Made by a program: the position numbers and the translations under genes
Notes under the pieces: generated by a model
Told to the model about the DNA's origin: nothing
What the model saw: the letters and a program-made list of their open reading frames with translations, nothing else
Databases searched by the model: none
In this document: positions 9,502 through 18,649 of the stretch, in pieces
Layout: every line of letters begins with the position of its first letter
Numbering within the stretch: the stretch's first letter is position 1
NCBI GenBank assembly: GCA_002269645.1
Contig: NIVC01004788.1
Span: 1-35,018, forward strand
Source: Macrostomum lignano
Taxonomy: Eukaryota
DNA length: 35,018 nucleotides
Reading direction: 5' to 3'

Positions 9502-10910
9502 TTATGTGACAATTATGTCTAAAATCGGATAAAGTTGAAAGCCTGAAACAATAAGAACAGTTGATCCTTCAGTGGCTGAATTAATATGCACTCTATAACC
9601 GGAGAATTTTTCGGTGGAAGCTACTTCAAAATATTTCATCACTCCAGGAACTAAACCAGCATTTTCGGTAGAAAAAATATTCCTAAAGTCTCTCTTGTTA
9701 TTGCTCCCTTTCAGAATAAAACTTTTTGGTTGATTTTTTATAATTTCACTACCTACTGCTTTGGTTCCTTTCAATCCGAATTTCCAAATTTGAATAGATT
9801 CAGGAAGTTGTACTTCAATGTAAGAATTGGGTTCATTCCTCGATGCCCATTCTGAATTAGATACTATATAACCCCAATTATCTGACGTTTCAAATGCTCC
9901 TGATGACGCTACATTGAAACCCCTTTCTCTATAGTTTTGACGTGTTGCTAGTGAGGGAATATATCCTGTATAAGATTTGAAACCTAGTCCCCGCCTTAGT
10001 CGCAGCTCCACTGATTCAAGTGCATTGTCTACGTATAGCTTTGGTACAGCTTGAAGTCTATCTATAGGCCACACTAAATCATTAACCACTGTTTGTCTCT
10101 CAAGTAATTCAACTTTTGTAAGCTTTACGGAACCAGAAAAATTAAGAGAATAATGGAAATAATATGAGGGTTTGGGTATTTTTTTCCTAAGATGTGCATT
10201 GCCCCTTCGTAGTTCAATGGGTGCACTTTGTTCAACAGGTGTCCAGTTTGTTCCATTTAGGCTCACACTAACAGACCAACCAGGCCACACCTCTCCTTCC
10301 AACTTTATCTCTACAACTTTCCTAGCTCTTTTCAAAAATTGAAATCGTATCCACTTGTCTGAGTCATCTGCACTGCTCCATTCTGAAGCCGGGTTTGAAT
10401 CTGCAACATGATATGCTGCTGAAGAGTTATGAGAAGCGGTCACTTTCATGTCAGGATGGGAAGCGTTTGAAGTCAGTAATGAAAGAATATTGACTAATTT
10501 CGAACTCTCTGTACCTCCCGCAGTACCTTGCCTTTCTGCTAACAAAGTGTCAATCTCAGTTTTAGAATACATCTTAGTGTCAATCTCAGTTTTAGAATAC
10601 ATCTTAGTGTCAATTCAGTTTTAGAATACATCTTAGTGTCAGTTTCGGTTTTTGTGTAGACATTGTTTACGCGCCCATGAGCATCGTCAATTAATTGTAG
10701 CATGGTGATATTCATTGCGTCACTATCTTCCTTTGAATAAGAGTCTGAAACATTTCTCTTTGCTAACAATAAATTATCTATTTCCTCTCTCTTATATCCT
10801 TCATTTTCATTGATGTATCGATCATCAGCTAACGCTATTGTTATTCCAGGTGCTATATCATTTGAATTTGACGAGTAACCAAATTGATTAGCAGTATTCT
10901 TGTAACTCAT
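9502..10910 (-). CDS. Fibre/receptor-binding-like protein: YxKxEID stalk repeats plus two discoidin (F5/8 type C)-like domains; 1-bp deletion near 10614
   Basis: YKREEID, YSKEDSD, YTKTETD and (MYSKTEIDTK)n repeats. Two domains have SEWxS...W/Y-I-x-x-Q-F/L patterns, plus FILKGSNN and FSGYRVHI. Confidence 0.65.
10546..10640. repeat. Coding 30-bp tandem repeat, ~3.2 copies (MYSKTEIDTK)
   Basis: agtgtcaatctcagttttagaatacatctt repeated; the third copy lacks one base. Confidence 0.9.
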
Positions 10911-11338
10911 TTTAATTGCTGCAAAATTTCATTATAGCTATCTCCTTTATCGATTCGATGTAAAAAGTACAGCGACATTTGACCACAAAATTTCTTATCT
11001 AAAGTTTGAATTTGTTCTTCCATGTCTCCACATATTCTATTCTTTGTGTGATTAAACTTTTCCATAATTTCCAGTGTGGGCGGTAGTGCATAGGAATCAA
11101 AAAAATAAACCTTATCATGAGCTGAAAAGATAGCTGAATGATGTATACCCCGTTCTTTCGAAGTGTGAATATTTGTCATAAAGTAACCATACTGTGGTAA
11201 ATCAACAATTTCATCTCTCATGGCATAGCGAAATGGTTTTAACTTGAGATATTTTGCCCAATTTATCAGATCAATATTAGTCGTAGTGTCAGTCCCAAAC
11301 TTTTGTTTAAATGCATTCCATGTCTCAGCTTCGCTCAT
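10907..11338 (-). CDS. PRO: Adenain-like cysteine protease
   Basis: GIHHSA (His), YFFDSY (Asp), QIQ...FCG (Gln, Cys) in adenoviral-protease order; TAAAAATG start at 11338. Confidence 0.9.
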   Translation of the reverse strand: MSEAETWNAFKQKFGTDTTTNIDLINWAKYLKLKPFRYAMRDEIVDLPQYGYFMTNIHTSKERGIHHSAIFSAHDKVYFFDSYALPPTLEIMEKFNHTKNRICGDMEEQIQTLDKKFCGQMSLYFLHRIDKGDSYNEILQQLK

Positions 11339-11347
11339 TTTTAACAC

Positions 11348-12139
11348 TCATATTTGTCGTACGTGTAGATTTATAAATATTTCCTCGCCATCAAAGTCGT
11401 ATAGAACACCAGACTCATCTTCGATGACAAAGTCGAATGTGCTCAACATGTTTGTAGTTAGTGGTAGGTACACAGGATTTGCAGGCTCTTGAATAATTTT
11501 ACTTCCCATTGGGACAGAGAACGATGGAATTGAAAGAAGTATTTGCTTATCAATTAAATGATTTCCATTGGCTGGATCAGTGATAAAACCCCCTTTGATA
11601 TTGAGACAACGAACCATGATCGCACTTCTAGCTCCGTCTATCCGAGCTGGATTTGGAGCTCTCTCAAATGGTTTCAAATACACTTCCGAATTGAATCCCA
11701 ACAGTCTTCTAAAGTTATTGGAATGTGCATCCCTGAAATCAACTTGATACTCTGTGGCTAACCGTAACTCAACCCTACGCGTGTCTAGGCTTGCACTGAA
11801 AACAATAGCCCCCTCTTTCCAATCATTTGCAGCTGTTAGCAATCTTTGAATCTCGCTTGACAGACTTTTAACTTCCCAAGATCCTGCTTGAATCTTTATT
11901 TTCTTCCATGTTCTACCACTATCCCTCGAGTATCGCAACTCATTATTGCCTCCTTCAATATTGTTAATAGCATCAAAGACTGCAAACTTTTTTATACCAG
12001 CTTCGTATTCTCGATCTTCATACAAATTTATCGGAGTGCCTAGAGTTTGTCGAAATGGGTTTTTAATTGAAAAGAAGTCAAATGTGCGTTGAAACTTTTT
12101 ACTCAAGAGGATGTTGACTTTTTCTATTTCTTTTTCCAT
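11348..12139 (-). CDS. PX: Minor capsid protein (penton, single jelly roll)
   Basis: PINL...EAG, NNI...NN, GSWEV, LLGF, MVRCLNIKG, ILLSIP...PMGSKI...P...YLPL, EDESG...DFDGE pattern typical of Polinton mCP. Confidence 0.8.
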   Translation of the reverse strand: MEKEIEKVNILLSKKFQRTFDFFSIKNPFRQTLGTPINLYEDREYEAGIKKFAVFDAINNIEGGNNELRYSRDSGRTWKKIKIQAGSWEVKSLSSEIQRLLTAANDWKEGAIVFSASLDTRRVELRLATEYQVDFRDAHSNNFRRLLGFNSEVYLKPFERAPNPARIDGARSAIMVRCLNIKGGFITDPANGNHLIDKQILLSIPSFSVPMGSKIIQEPANPVYLPLTTNMLSTFDFVIEDESGVLYDFDGEEIFINLHVRQI

Positions 12140-12141
12140 TT

Positions 12142-12873
12142 TTAAGCAAGTAATTCTACTAGCTCTTTATCAACATTGTTATGTCCCTCTGCTTTTGCGG
12201 CTAGTAATGTCAACACTCTTTCACTGAGTCCAGATCCCGGTTTTACTCGATATCCTGGTGGATTATCTTTCAATATCCTTACTGCTTGCTTATAATTCCC
12301 ACTTGATTTGGCCGCTGGATTTTTACAGTGTTCAATGAGGTTAACATAATCCTGCAATGTTTGCATCTTGAATTGCTTCAGCTCTTCACCATTTTCAGTT
12401 ACTTTAGGCATTTTGAACAACTCTTCAAGATCTTCAGAAAATGGCATTCGGAATTCGTTGACAATGATGTCCCGACCTTGTTCATGGAATTCAACCTCTA
12501 TTACAGATGATCCAAATATATATCCAGCATCAGTTTTTTGAATCCGTATACTAGGCGCTGGTCTTTGAGTTATTGGAATCTTTCCAATTTCTTCAATTAT
12601 TTTGTCAAATACTTCCAGAGGTTCAAATCGTCCTTTTGGTGTACTTAATTGCGGAACTGGAACTTTTTGATTCTGAAGTTTATCAACAAGGTTGGCATTG
12701 AAATCAATAAATTCATCAAGCTTTTCTGTGACAGGTTTTTGAGCTAATGGAGCCACTCTTGCATATAAACTCTCTTCTCCAATTTTCAAATAGCGTTGAG
12801 CATCATTTCTGGATTTGTACGTTTCTCGCTGCTTTGCTAAATTAATGAGTTCTCTTATATATTCATTAGTCAT
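12142..12873 (-). CDS. Conserved Polinton hypothetical protein, 243 aa
   Basis: Intact ORF between ATPase and mCP. C-terminal LSERVLTLLAAKAEGHNN...ELVEL resembles a motif I recall from Polinton proteins. Confidence 0.7.
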   Translation of the reverse strand: MTNEYIRELINLAKQRETYKSRNDAQRYLKIGEESLYARVAPLAQKPVTEKLDEFIDFNANLVDKLQNQKVPVPQLSTPKGRFEPLEVFDKIIEEIGKIPITQRPAPSIRIQKTDAGYIFGSSVIEVEFHEQGRDIIVNEFRMPFSEDLEELFKMPKVTENGEELKQFKMQTLQDYVNLIEHCKNPAAKSSGNYKQAVRILKDNPPGYRVKPGSGLSERVLTLLAAKAEGHNNVDKELVELLA

Positions 12874-12875
12874 TT

Positions 12876-13649
12876 TTACAATGGGATTTTAGTTAGAACA
12901 TCCTTATACAAATCTTGCTCATCCTCATCAGCTCTTGTATTTATATAGATATAGCCATACTTCTTTTTCCAAGCCTCTCTACATTTAGCCTTGAATATAG
13001 CGGGTTCATAATTCGTTTCTATATTTCTAGCAATGTGATTTAAGTTTGTATCTTTTTGTTTAAAGATTATGTAACATGTCGTATTCTCCCTGACAGTATT
13101 GCGATCTAGTTTGGTAAAATTTTGAGCTAGATAAAAACCACAACAGTTTCCATGCCTGCCTCTCTGAAACAGACTTTCCTGAAATGTTTGATTAGCCTCT
13201 CCCAAAACATCGTCCAATATCACACATGTCTTTAGTCCATTATGAAAAATTTCTTCATTTGGAGTATGGGAAAGAGTGACAGGAATTTTCTCTATTACTT
13301 CTGAATTTTCTGATGTGCTTTGCACTCGACCAGGGTTGGCTGCCTCTCGACAAATATGTCTAATATCTTCAGGAGATGCATCCTCACTCACCTGGTAGAC
13401 ATGATAGAGTGAGTTGATAAGAGAAGGTGGGAGACCATTTTCAAAGCCATATTTTAGAAACTGATACTCTGGATCCATTTGAGATGCTCTGGGAACATAT
13501 AAAACTAACTCATTAAAGTCAACTAGTTTTTCAGGACTTGTAAGAATATGGAATAGTAAATATGTTTTACCCGTATTTGTAGCGCCGATAATACAACATA
13601 AAAGAGGATTAGGGAAAATAGGATCATGCTGAAATTTTACTTTGGGCAT
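12876..13649 (-). CDS. ATP: A32/FtsK-like genome-packaging ATPase
   Basis: Walker A GATNTGKT, Walker B VILDD, RGRHGN, LAQN. Confidence 0.92.
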   Translation of the reverse strand: MPKVKFQHDPIFPNPLLCCIIGATNTGKTYLLFHILTSPEKLVDFNELVLYVPRASQMDPEYQFLKYGFENGLPPSLINSLYHVYQVSEDASPEDIRHICREAANPGRVQSTSENSEVIEKIPVTLSHTPNEEIFHNGLKTCVILDDVLGEANQTFQESLFQRGRHGNCCGFYLAQNFTKLDRNTVRENTTCYIIFKQKDTNLNHIARNIETNYEPAIFKAKCREAWKKKYGYIYINTRADEDEQDLYKDVLTKIPL

Positions 13650-13670
13650 TTAAAAAAAGAAAAAATGACC

Positions 13671-15035
13671 TTATTCGACGCGGGTCATTTGATATTCACT
13701 GGTAACTTTTATTACATTCTTTGTTTGTTCAAGAATTAGTGCAAAAGCAGTCAGCTCAACATTTGTTGACTTCTTGATAAATAATTGAATATTCACTCCA
13801 CTCTTGACCAGAAACTCATCTTGAGCTGTTAGATCAAAGCAAAAGATTGGATAGATGGTTAGAAAGTCTTGTTTATTGAATGGAGGAGTTACACCGAAAC
13901 GGCTGCAGATGTCTTCGTACATTTCATACGCTCTGTGAATGTCTTGAGCTACTGGATCAATTTCAACATAATCATTCGGATACATCACCTGATTTAATCT
14001 GACTTGAAGCTGGGTTATTTTCACTGCATTTGCTCCAGTTTTGTAAGACACATACTTGTGATCATTAACTATATATGATGGGTTGTTTACGTCATATTTG
14101 AAAGCTACAAAGATTGCAAGTGGCATATTGGAGATGTTGGCTATGTTCCATGTATATGGACTTCCTTGAATGAGTTGTGGTGGAACCGTTACCCTCTCTG
14201 GAAATGATACTGTAATGTCCTTGTTGAGTGATTTTAGAAAAGCTGCTTCAGCACTGGGTGACAAAGTAATAGCAGGGATCCAAATCTCAAAGCTATTAAT
14301 AGTTAACTTAGCTTCCGTCCCGGCAGCTCCAAAGAAAATTTCAGCATCGTTAGTCTTTCTTGTCCATGTGAATTTATATTTAATTCCTTTGCTAATCTTC
14401 TGCCAATCAAGGAACCCAATGAGAGGTGTTAATGATAGTTTGATTGTTCCACCTCTGTTTGGAGCATTAGTGACATTGTTATAATTTTCAAGCCTCCTAA
14501 TGTATCCAGTATTCGAATCCTTCTTATTGAGTCTATTTTTCATAGCGATTGCTGCAGTTCTCACAGCTTCAGCATCTGCGTTGTTTGCTAGAGGTATATC
14601 AGAAACAGTCCCAGCATCTCCAGTGTCTGGAATCCATCCGTATGCTTCTCCAACTTCATTCATTAATTTTGAGTACATTACGGACTTTAAGATTGTGTCA
14701 TACTCTCCAGGATCATTATAGACTTTCTTTGTTCCTCCAATGTCAACTATGAGTTGAGAGAAAAGTCTCATAGGCCAATTATGTTCTAGAGTAATGTTCG
14801 TATTCAAGTCGGTGTTATCTCGTTGTGTTATTGAGTATTTTATACAACCGAATGCCTCTGACATGAGAATGTATGACTCTGTTGAATTGACTTCATGAAC
14901 TATTTGACCTCCTGCAACATTGAGATTATTAGTGCTACCTGGAGTTGGAGAAATCTTAATATAGTCTTCTTTCTTTTTGAAAAAGCTAAAAGTTTTGTCC
15001 TCATATATGCTCAGTATATCCTTTTTGTTCTCCAT
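13671..15035 (-). CDS. PY: Major capsid protein (double jelly roll), 454 aa, intact
   Basis: Size, position and motifs (RLFSQL..DIGG, IGFL.W, EIWIP.I.LS, P.AIFV.F, QV.LN...YP, YPIFCFDLT) match Polinton MCP. Confidence 0.85.
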   Translation of the reverse strand: MENKKDILSIYEDKTFSFFKKKEDYIKISPTPGSTNNLNVAGGQIVHEVNSTESYILMSEAFGCIKYSITQRDNTDLNTNITLEHNWPMRLFSQLIVDIGGTKKVYNDPGEYDTILKSVMYSKLMNEVGEAYGWIPDTGDAGTVSDIPLANNADAEAVRTAAIAMKNRLNKKDSNTGYIRRLENYNNVTNAPNRGGTIKLSLTPLIGFLDWQKISKGIKYKFTWTRKTNDAEIFFGAAGTEAKLTINSFEIWIPAITLSPSAEAAFLKSLNKDITVSFPERVTVPPQLIQGSPYTWNIANISNMPLAIFVAFKYDVNNPSYIVNDHKYVSYKTGANAVKITQLQVRLNQVMYPNDYVEIDPVAQDIHRAYEMYEDICSRFGVTPPFNKQDFLTIYPIFCFDLTAQDEFLVKSGVNIQLFIKKSTNVELTAFALILEQTKNVIKVTSEYQMTRVE

Positions 15036-15078
15036 TTTTATAAGAGAAATTTCAACTAAGCTTCATGAGGTCTAAGAA

Positions 15079-15507
15079 TTATCCCATTACCCTGTTTCTC
15101 CTTTTCAACTTTAAAGTCTTTAGCAGCCACTTGACTGCTTCGCTGGGTACTTGTTCGACTCTTTTAGCCGCATCAACTAATACTCCACTCCCTTGAGCCT
15201 TTTTCAACTCTTCTAGTTTTTGCCGTTCAATGCTTTCTATTGTCTTATTATGTTTAGCATTGTTGGCTGTATTAACACTTTTTGCAATCATTGTACCAAC
15301 TCCTGAGGCTGCTCCGATACCACCCAAAATTGCTGGTAGTAAGCCTAATAGAGGAATTATTCCACCTTCATGTTCTTTCTGTTTCTCTTGCAATTCTCGA
15401 ATCTTCTCTTTAGAAAGATATTGCTTTTGCTTATTTACAGTAACATATCTTGGTTTTCCCTCTCGAACATATCGATTGAGTCTTGCTTCAGTGTTTTTCT
15501 CGCTCAT
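15079..15507 (-). CDS. Small basic protein with an adenovirus pX-like hydrophobic segment
   Basis: EGG|IIPLLGLLPAILGGIGAASG; TAAAAATG start. Confidence 0.65.
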   Translation of the reverse strand: MSEKNTEARLNRYVREGKPRYVTVNKQKQYLSKEKIRELQEKQKEHEGGIIPLLGLLPAILGGIGAASGVGTMIAKSVNTANNAKHNKTIESIERQKLEELKKAQGSGVLVDAAKRVEQVPSEAVKWLLKTLKLKRRNRVMG

Positions 15508-15515
15508 TTTTAAGG

Positions 15516-15938
15516 TCAGAATTTCTTCAAACCATTGCCTTGTCTCAAAGACACTTGAGACTGTTCTGCTGTTCCTAGAGCCTTTTTAACAATATCTTGA
15601 ATAGCCTTATTTGATTGAGAAGCTATCTGTTGCTCTTCTTCCATTCTTTTCTTTGCTTCTTTATCTCTACGTTTCTTTTTAATATATTCCAGTTCCTCAC
15701 CTGCTTTAGACATGTCACTGTATGATTTCTTCGCATCGAATATGTTCTTCGCTGTGGTAGCTGTTTTACCTATTGCATCAGCTCCACTCACAATTTTACT
15801 TCCATGATTTGATAAAAAGTTTGTGACACCACTGATCATATCACCAATTCCTTCACCCTCTTTATCAGCTAGTAGTTGTGAATCAGACGTTTCAATCTGA
15901 CCTTTCGCCCGTTTGCAGTTTGTTCGATAGGCGCTCAT
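15516..15938 (-). CDS. Small virion-type protein with an amphipathic, adenovirus protein VI-like helix
   Basis: TAAAAATG start at 15938; GEG|IGDMISGVTNFLSNHGSK. Confidence 0.6.
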   Translation of the reverse strand: MSAYRTNCKRAKGQIETSDSQLLADKEGEGIGDMISGVTNFLSNHGSKIVSGADAIGKTATTAKNIFDAKKSYSDMSKAGEELEYIKKKRRDKEAKKRMEEEQQIASQSNKAIQDIVKKALGTAEQSQVSLRQGNGLKKF

Positions 15939-17165
15939 TTTTAGTTGAAAAATTTGCTGGTAGAAGCTGGGATTTGTAAAATGATCCAATGATTTCTTCT
16001 CCATTCTCATCCTCAATAATGTAGGTTATGGGATTGGAGTAAACTATTTTCTTTATCCTAAACACTTCTGAAATTTTCCAATATCCTCTTCGACCCTTTT
16101 CAAAGTGCTCCTTATATCTATAGATATGAACTTTGTCACCTACTTTGAAGTTTGGTTTCTCATTTGAATACTCGAAAGTTGGCTTTGGTACTCGCTCAGG
16201 ATGTTTAGATGCTTCTGAAGGAGTTATCAGAATCTCAGAATGGATTGTGTTGTTGTATTTTTCAACAATAGCTGGCAATGTGTGGAGCCACTTCTGATTA
16301 CCCTGTAGATCAAATTCAAACCAGAGTTTATTTGTGAGAGTACGATTGAACCTCTCAATCATTGCATTCTTGGACTCGCCATAAATTGAAAACATCTTGT
16401 TAATATATTCACCCTTTCATCCTTCTTTCTAATGTTGTCTTTTGAAAACGAGTATAGCTTGTACATATGCTGATTATAAAACTCCTTGCCTTCATCTACA
16501 CAAAGTCTCTCTGATCGTCTTCCTGATTCCTTAAATACTTTTTGGAAAGCTTCTGCAACTTCCGCTCCCGTCTTTGTTTTCAAAGGAACTGCCCAGGCGT
16601 AACGTGTAAAACCATCTATGATAGTTAGAGCATATTTGTAACCTCTTTCGGGCGGTAGGATAATGATATCTGCATGCCAAATTGTGTCTTTTGCATAGTG
16701 AATCATTTTTCTAAATACTCTTGGCTTTCGATATTCTTTATGCAATTTTACTGCATCTTCATAGCTAAGACCCTTACCATAAATTGTTAGACAGTCAATA
16801 CAATTGTTGGGGTTGTGAGTATGAATGCCTAATCCAAACCGAACTTTAGCCTTGATAATACGCTTTACTAGATTTCGAATGAGTCTCTCTTTCACAGACA
16901 AGTCACTGGTTGGAATAGCATCTAAATCAGCTATCATTTTTTCATCAGCTATATGCTTCTTTGCTAGAGCTTCCTCTGGATTTGAAGAAGTGTTTTCAGC
17001 ATCTCTATAGTTTTTGTCATGATAGTAAGCAGTCCAATCGATTGGGTTAATTGGTAGACTGTCATACCGAGGCCGGTCTGTAATTGGATTGAGTCTCTTG
17101 TCTAAATTTGTACCCGGCAGTTGTTCCTCAATCTTTCGAAAGAGGCTGGACTTTATCTTAAGGCT
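15892..17165 (-). CDS. INT: PLA2-like domain fused in frame to a retroviral-type (RVE) integrase; frameshift near 16400; 5' end unresolved
   Basis: IDWTAYYHDKNY...IADE (PLA2-like); WHAD, IDGFTRYAW, CVDEGKEF, IERFNRTL (DDE triad); C-terminal FKVGDKV...FEKG...YW...GSFY. Confidence 0.88.
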
Positions 17166-17232
17166 TCATCAGGATTGACCAGATCCTTCAGCCCCACCCC
17201 CATTAAGTCTCTGAACCTTCTCCATATCCTTG

Positions 17233-17919
17233 TCAACTTCGTTCGGACTTAGGAGCTTGGCTGCGGATTTCCACCATGTCCTCAAGCTTGTTACCATCGA
17301 ACCATAGGTTCGCGGACGAAGTCCGATTGGGAACAGGAATTACCTGTGTTCCTTCAGAAGATTTCTCAACTGAAGTGGTACTTGAGGCTGTTATTGACGT
17401 ACTAGAATCGGACGGAGTTCCCGCAATTTGAAGGTGTCGCCAATCACTAAGCACTTGTTTAATGTTGGTTATAATGTTTTTGTATTGATCACCATAAAGA
17501 AATTTCAATGCAAATTCTCCTGTTATAAGGGTGATTCCATTGTCTAGTAAAATATTCTTAGGTTCCTTTGTAGTTTTATTGATGCATACATAATACAACT
17601 GATAGATGGGATAAGAATTTTTATAGTCTAATAGTTTCTGATAATTCCTTTCACGACTTGATGAACTGTCCGTGTTATCAGAAGATTTAAGCTCTAATGC
17701 AATCTTTCGCTCAACGTGAACCAGGTCAATCTTTTTTACCTTCTCGAATCCAAAATAATTTTCTGCTAATATTTCATATAGTCTGCCTAGTCTCATTTGA
17801 ATAACTTTAATCTTGTGTGAAATTATTAACTCTTCTTGGAAAAGATCATGAAGAATTTGATCATGCCCAACCTTATCATCAATTGGTTTCAGAAGAATTT
17901 CTCGAATTGTTTGCTCCAT
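17233..17919 (-). CDS. PD-(D/E)xK endonuclease, Eco47II/Sau96I-like restriction endonuclease candidate, followed by a Ser/Thr-rich tail
   Basis: K-x2-Q-x2-LG-x2-YE helix, IDL, and ELKSSDNTDSSSS match the pattern I recall for RE_Eco47II (Q..IG..H.. / D / EIK.K.NT.NSSS). TAAAAATG start like the other element genes. Confidence 0.68.
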   Translation of the reverse strand: MEQTIREILLKPIDDKVGHDQILHDLFQEELIISHKIKVIQMRLGRLYEILAENYFGFEKVKKIDLVHVERKIALELKSSDNTDSSSSRERNYQKLLDYKNSYPIYQLYYVCINKTTKEPKNILLDNGITLITGEFALKFLYGDQYKNIITNIKQVLSDWRHLQIAGTPSDSSTSITASSTTSVEKSSEGTQVIPVPNRTSSANLWFDGNKLEDMVEIRSQAPKSERS

Positions 17920-18077
17920 TTTTACTATAGAAACTTTAACAAGTGCTTATTTGATGACTAGCAAGGACATTGACTTCCTCACTCAGGCCACTACGTAACC
18001 TGCAAAAGAATACCCTGGAATATGAAGTTCTCCTGGGTATTTTCCAGTGGCGAAGATGGGTGGTAGTTTTGTTATAG

Positions 18078-18643
18078 CTGACTGAATATCTAAAGCATTT
18101 CCTAGAAATAATGGTTTACTGAAGGCCATTTTATATATATAAAATTTACTATCGTTGAATTGGATGACACTTTCATATTGTATATACCTGAAATTGCATT
18201 AAATTGACCCGTGAATCCAACTTTTCTCATGGTTTTAGAGCTGGAATCGTGAAAATTGCACTTTTTAAAAAAATTAGAAAATCACAAAAAATCGCTGTTT
18301 TCAGACCATTTTCACCTGTTTTTAGTCATTTTTCACTTATTTTTAGTGATTTTCAAAATGAGTGAGGGCATGAGGGCGAGGGCACCCCCCCTTTTTAAAA
18401 GTATAAAAATTCCGGAAAATCTGTGTTCGGTGAAATATTCCACAGGCCAATGCCCCCCACATGCCCTCACCCTCAACACCCTCACTCACAGATATATGTA
18501 TATTTACATATCACACACCCACTTGAATCCATGACCTCCTGGTAGTAGTAGTATGTTATAAGGGGCTGAGTCATCCAGCGAGCTGGCGCGCAATGCGCCC
18601 GAGCAATTAAGTGTGGCGCAGCCCCTTATAACATACTACTACT
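18078..18643 (-). repeat. Right terminal inverted repeat (~566 bp)
   Basis: Reverse complement of 389-948. Confidence 0.95.
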
Positions 18644-18649
18644 TATAAA
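18644..18649 (+). repeat. Target-site duplication, right copy (TATAAA)
   Basis: Matches 383-388. Confidence 0.9.

Larger units (their letters stand above)
389..18643. mobile_element. Polinton/Maverick (polintovirus-like) element, full length, ~18.25 kb
   Basis: 5'-AGTAGTAGT...ACTACTACT-3' termini, long TIRs, 6-bp TSD, and PolB, INT, PRO, ATPase, MCP and mCP genes all inside the TIRs. Confidence 0.97.

Noticed and set aside
17233-17919. Bacterial contamination as the source of the restriction-like gene
   Set aside because: It lies inside the TIRs and shares the strand, composition and TAAAAATG start of the other element genes.
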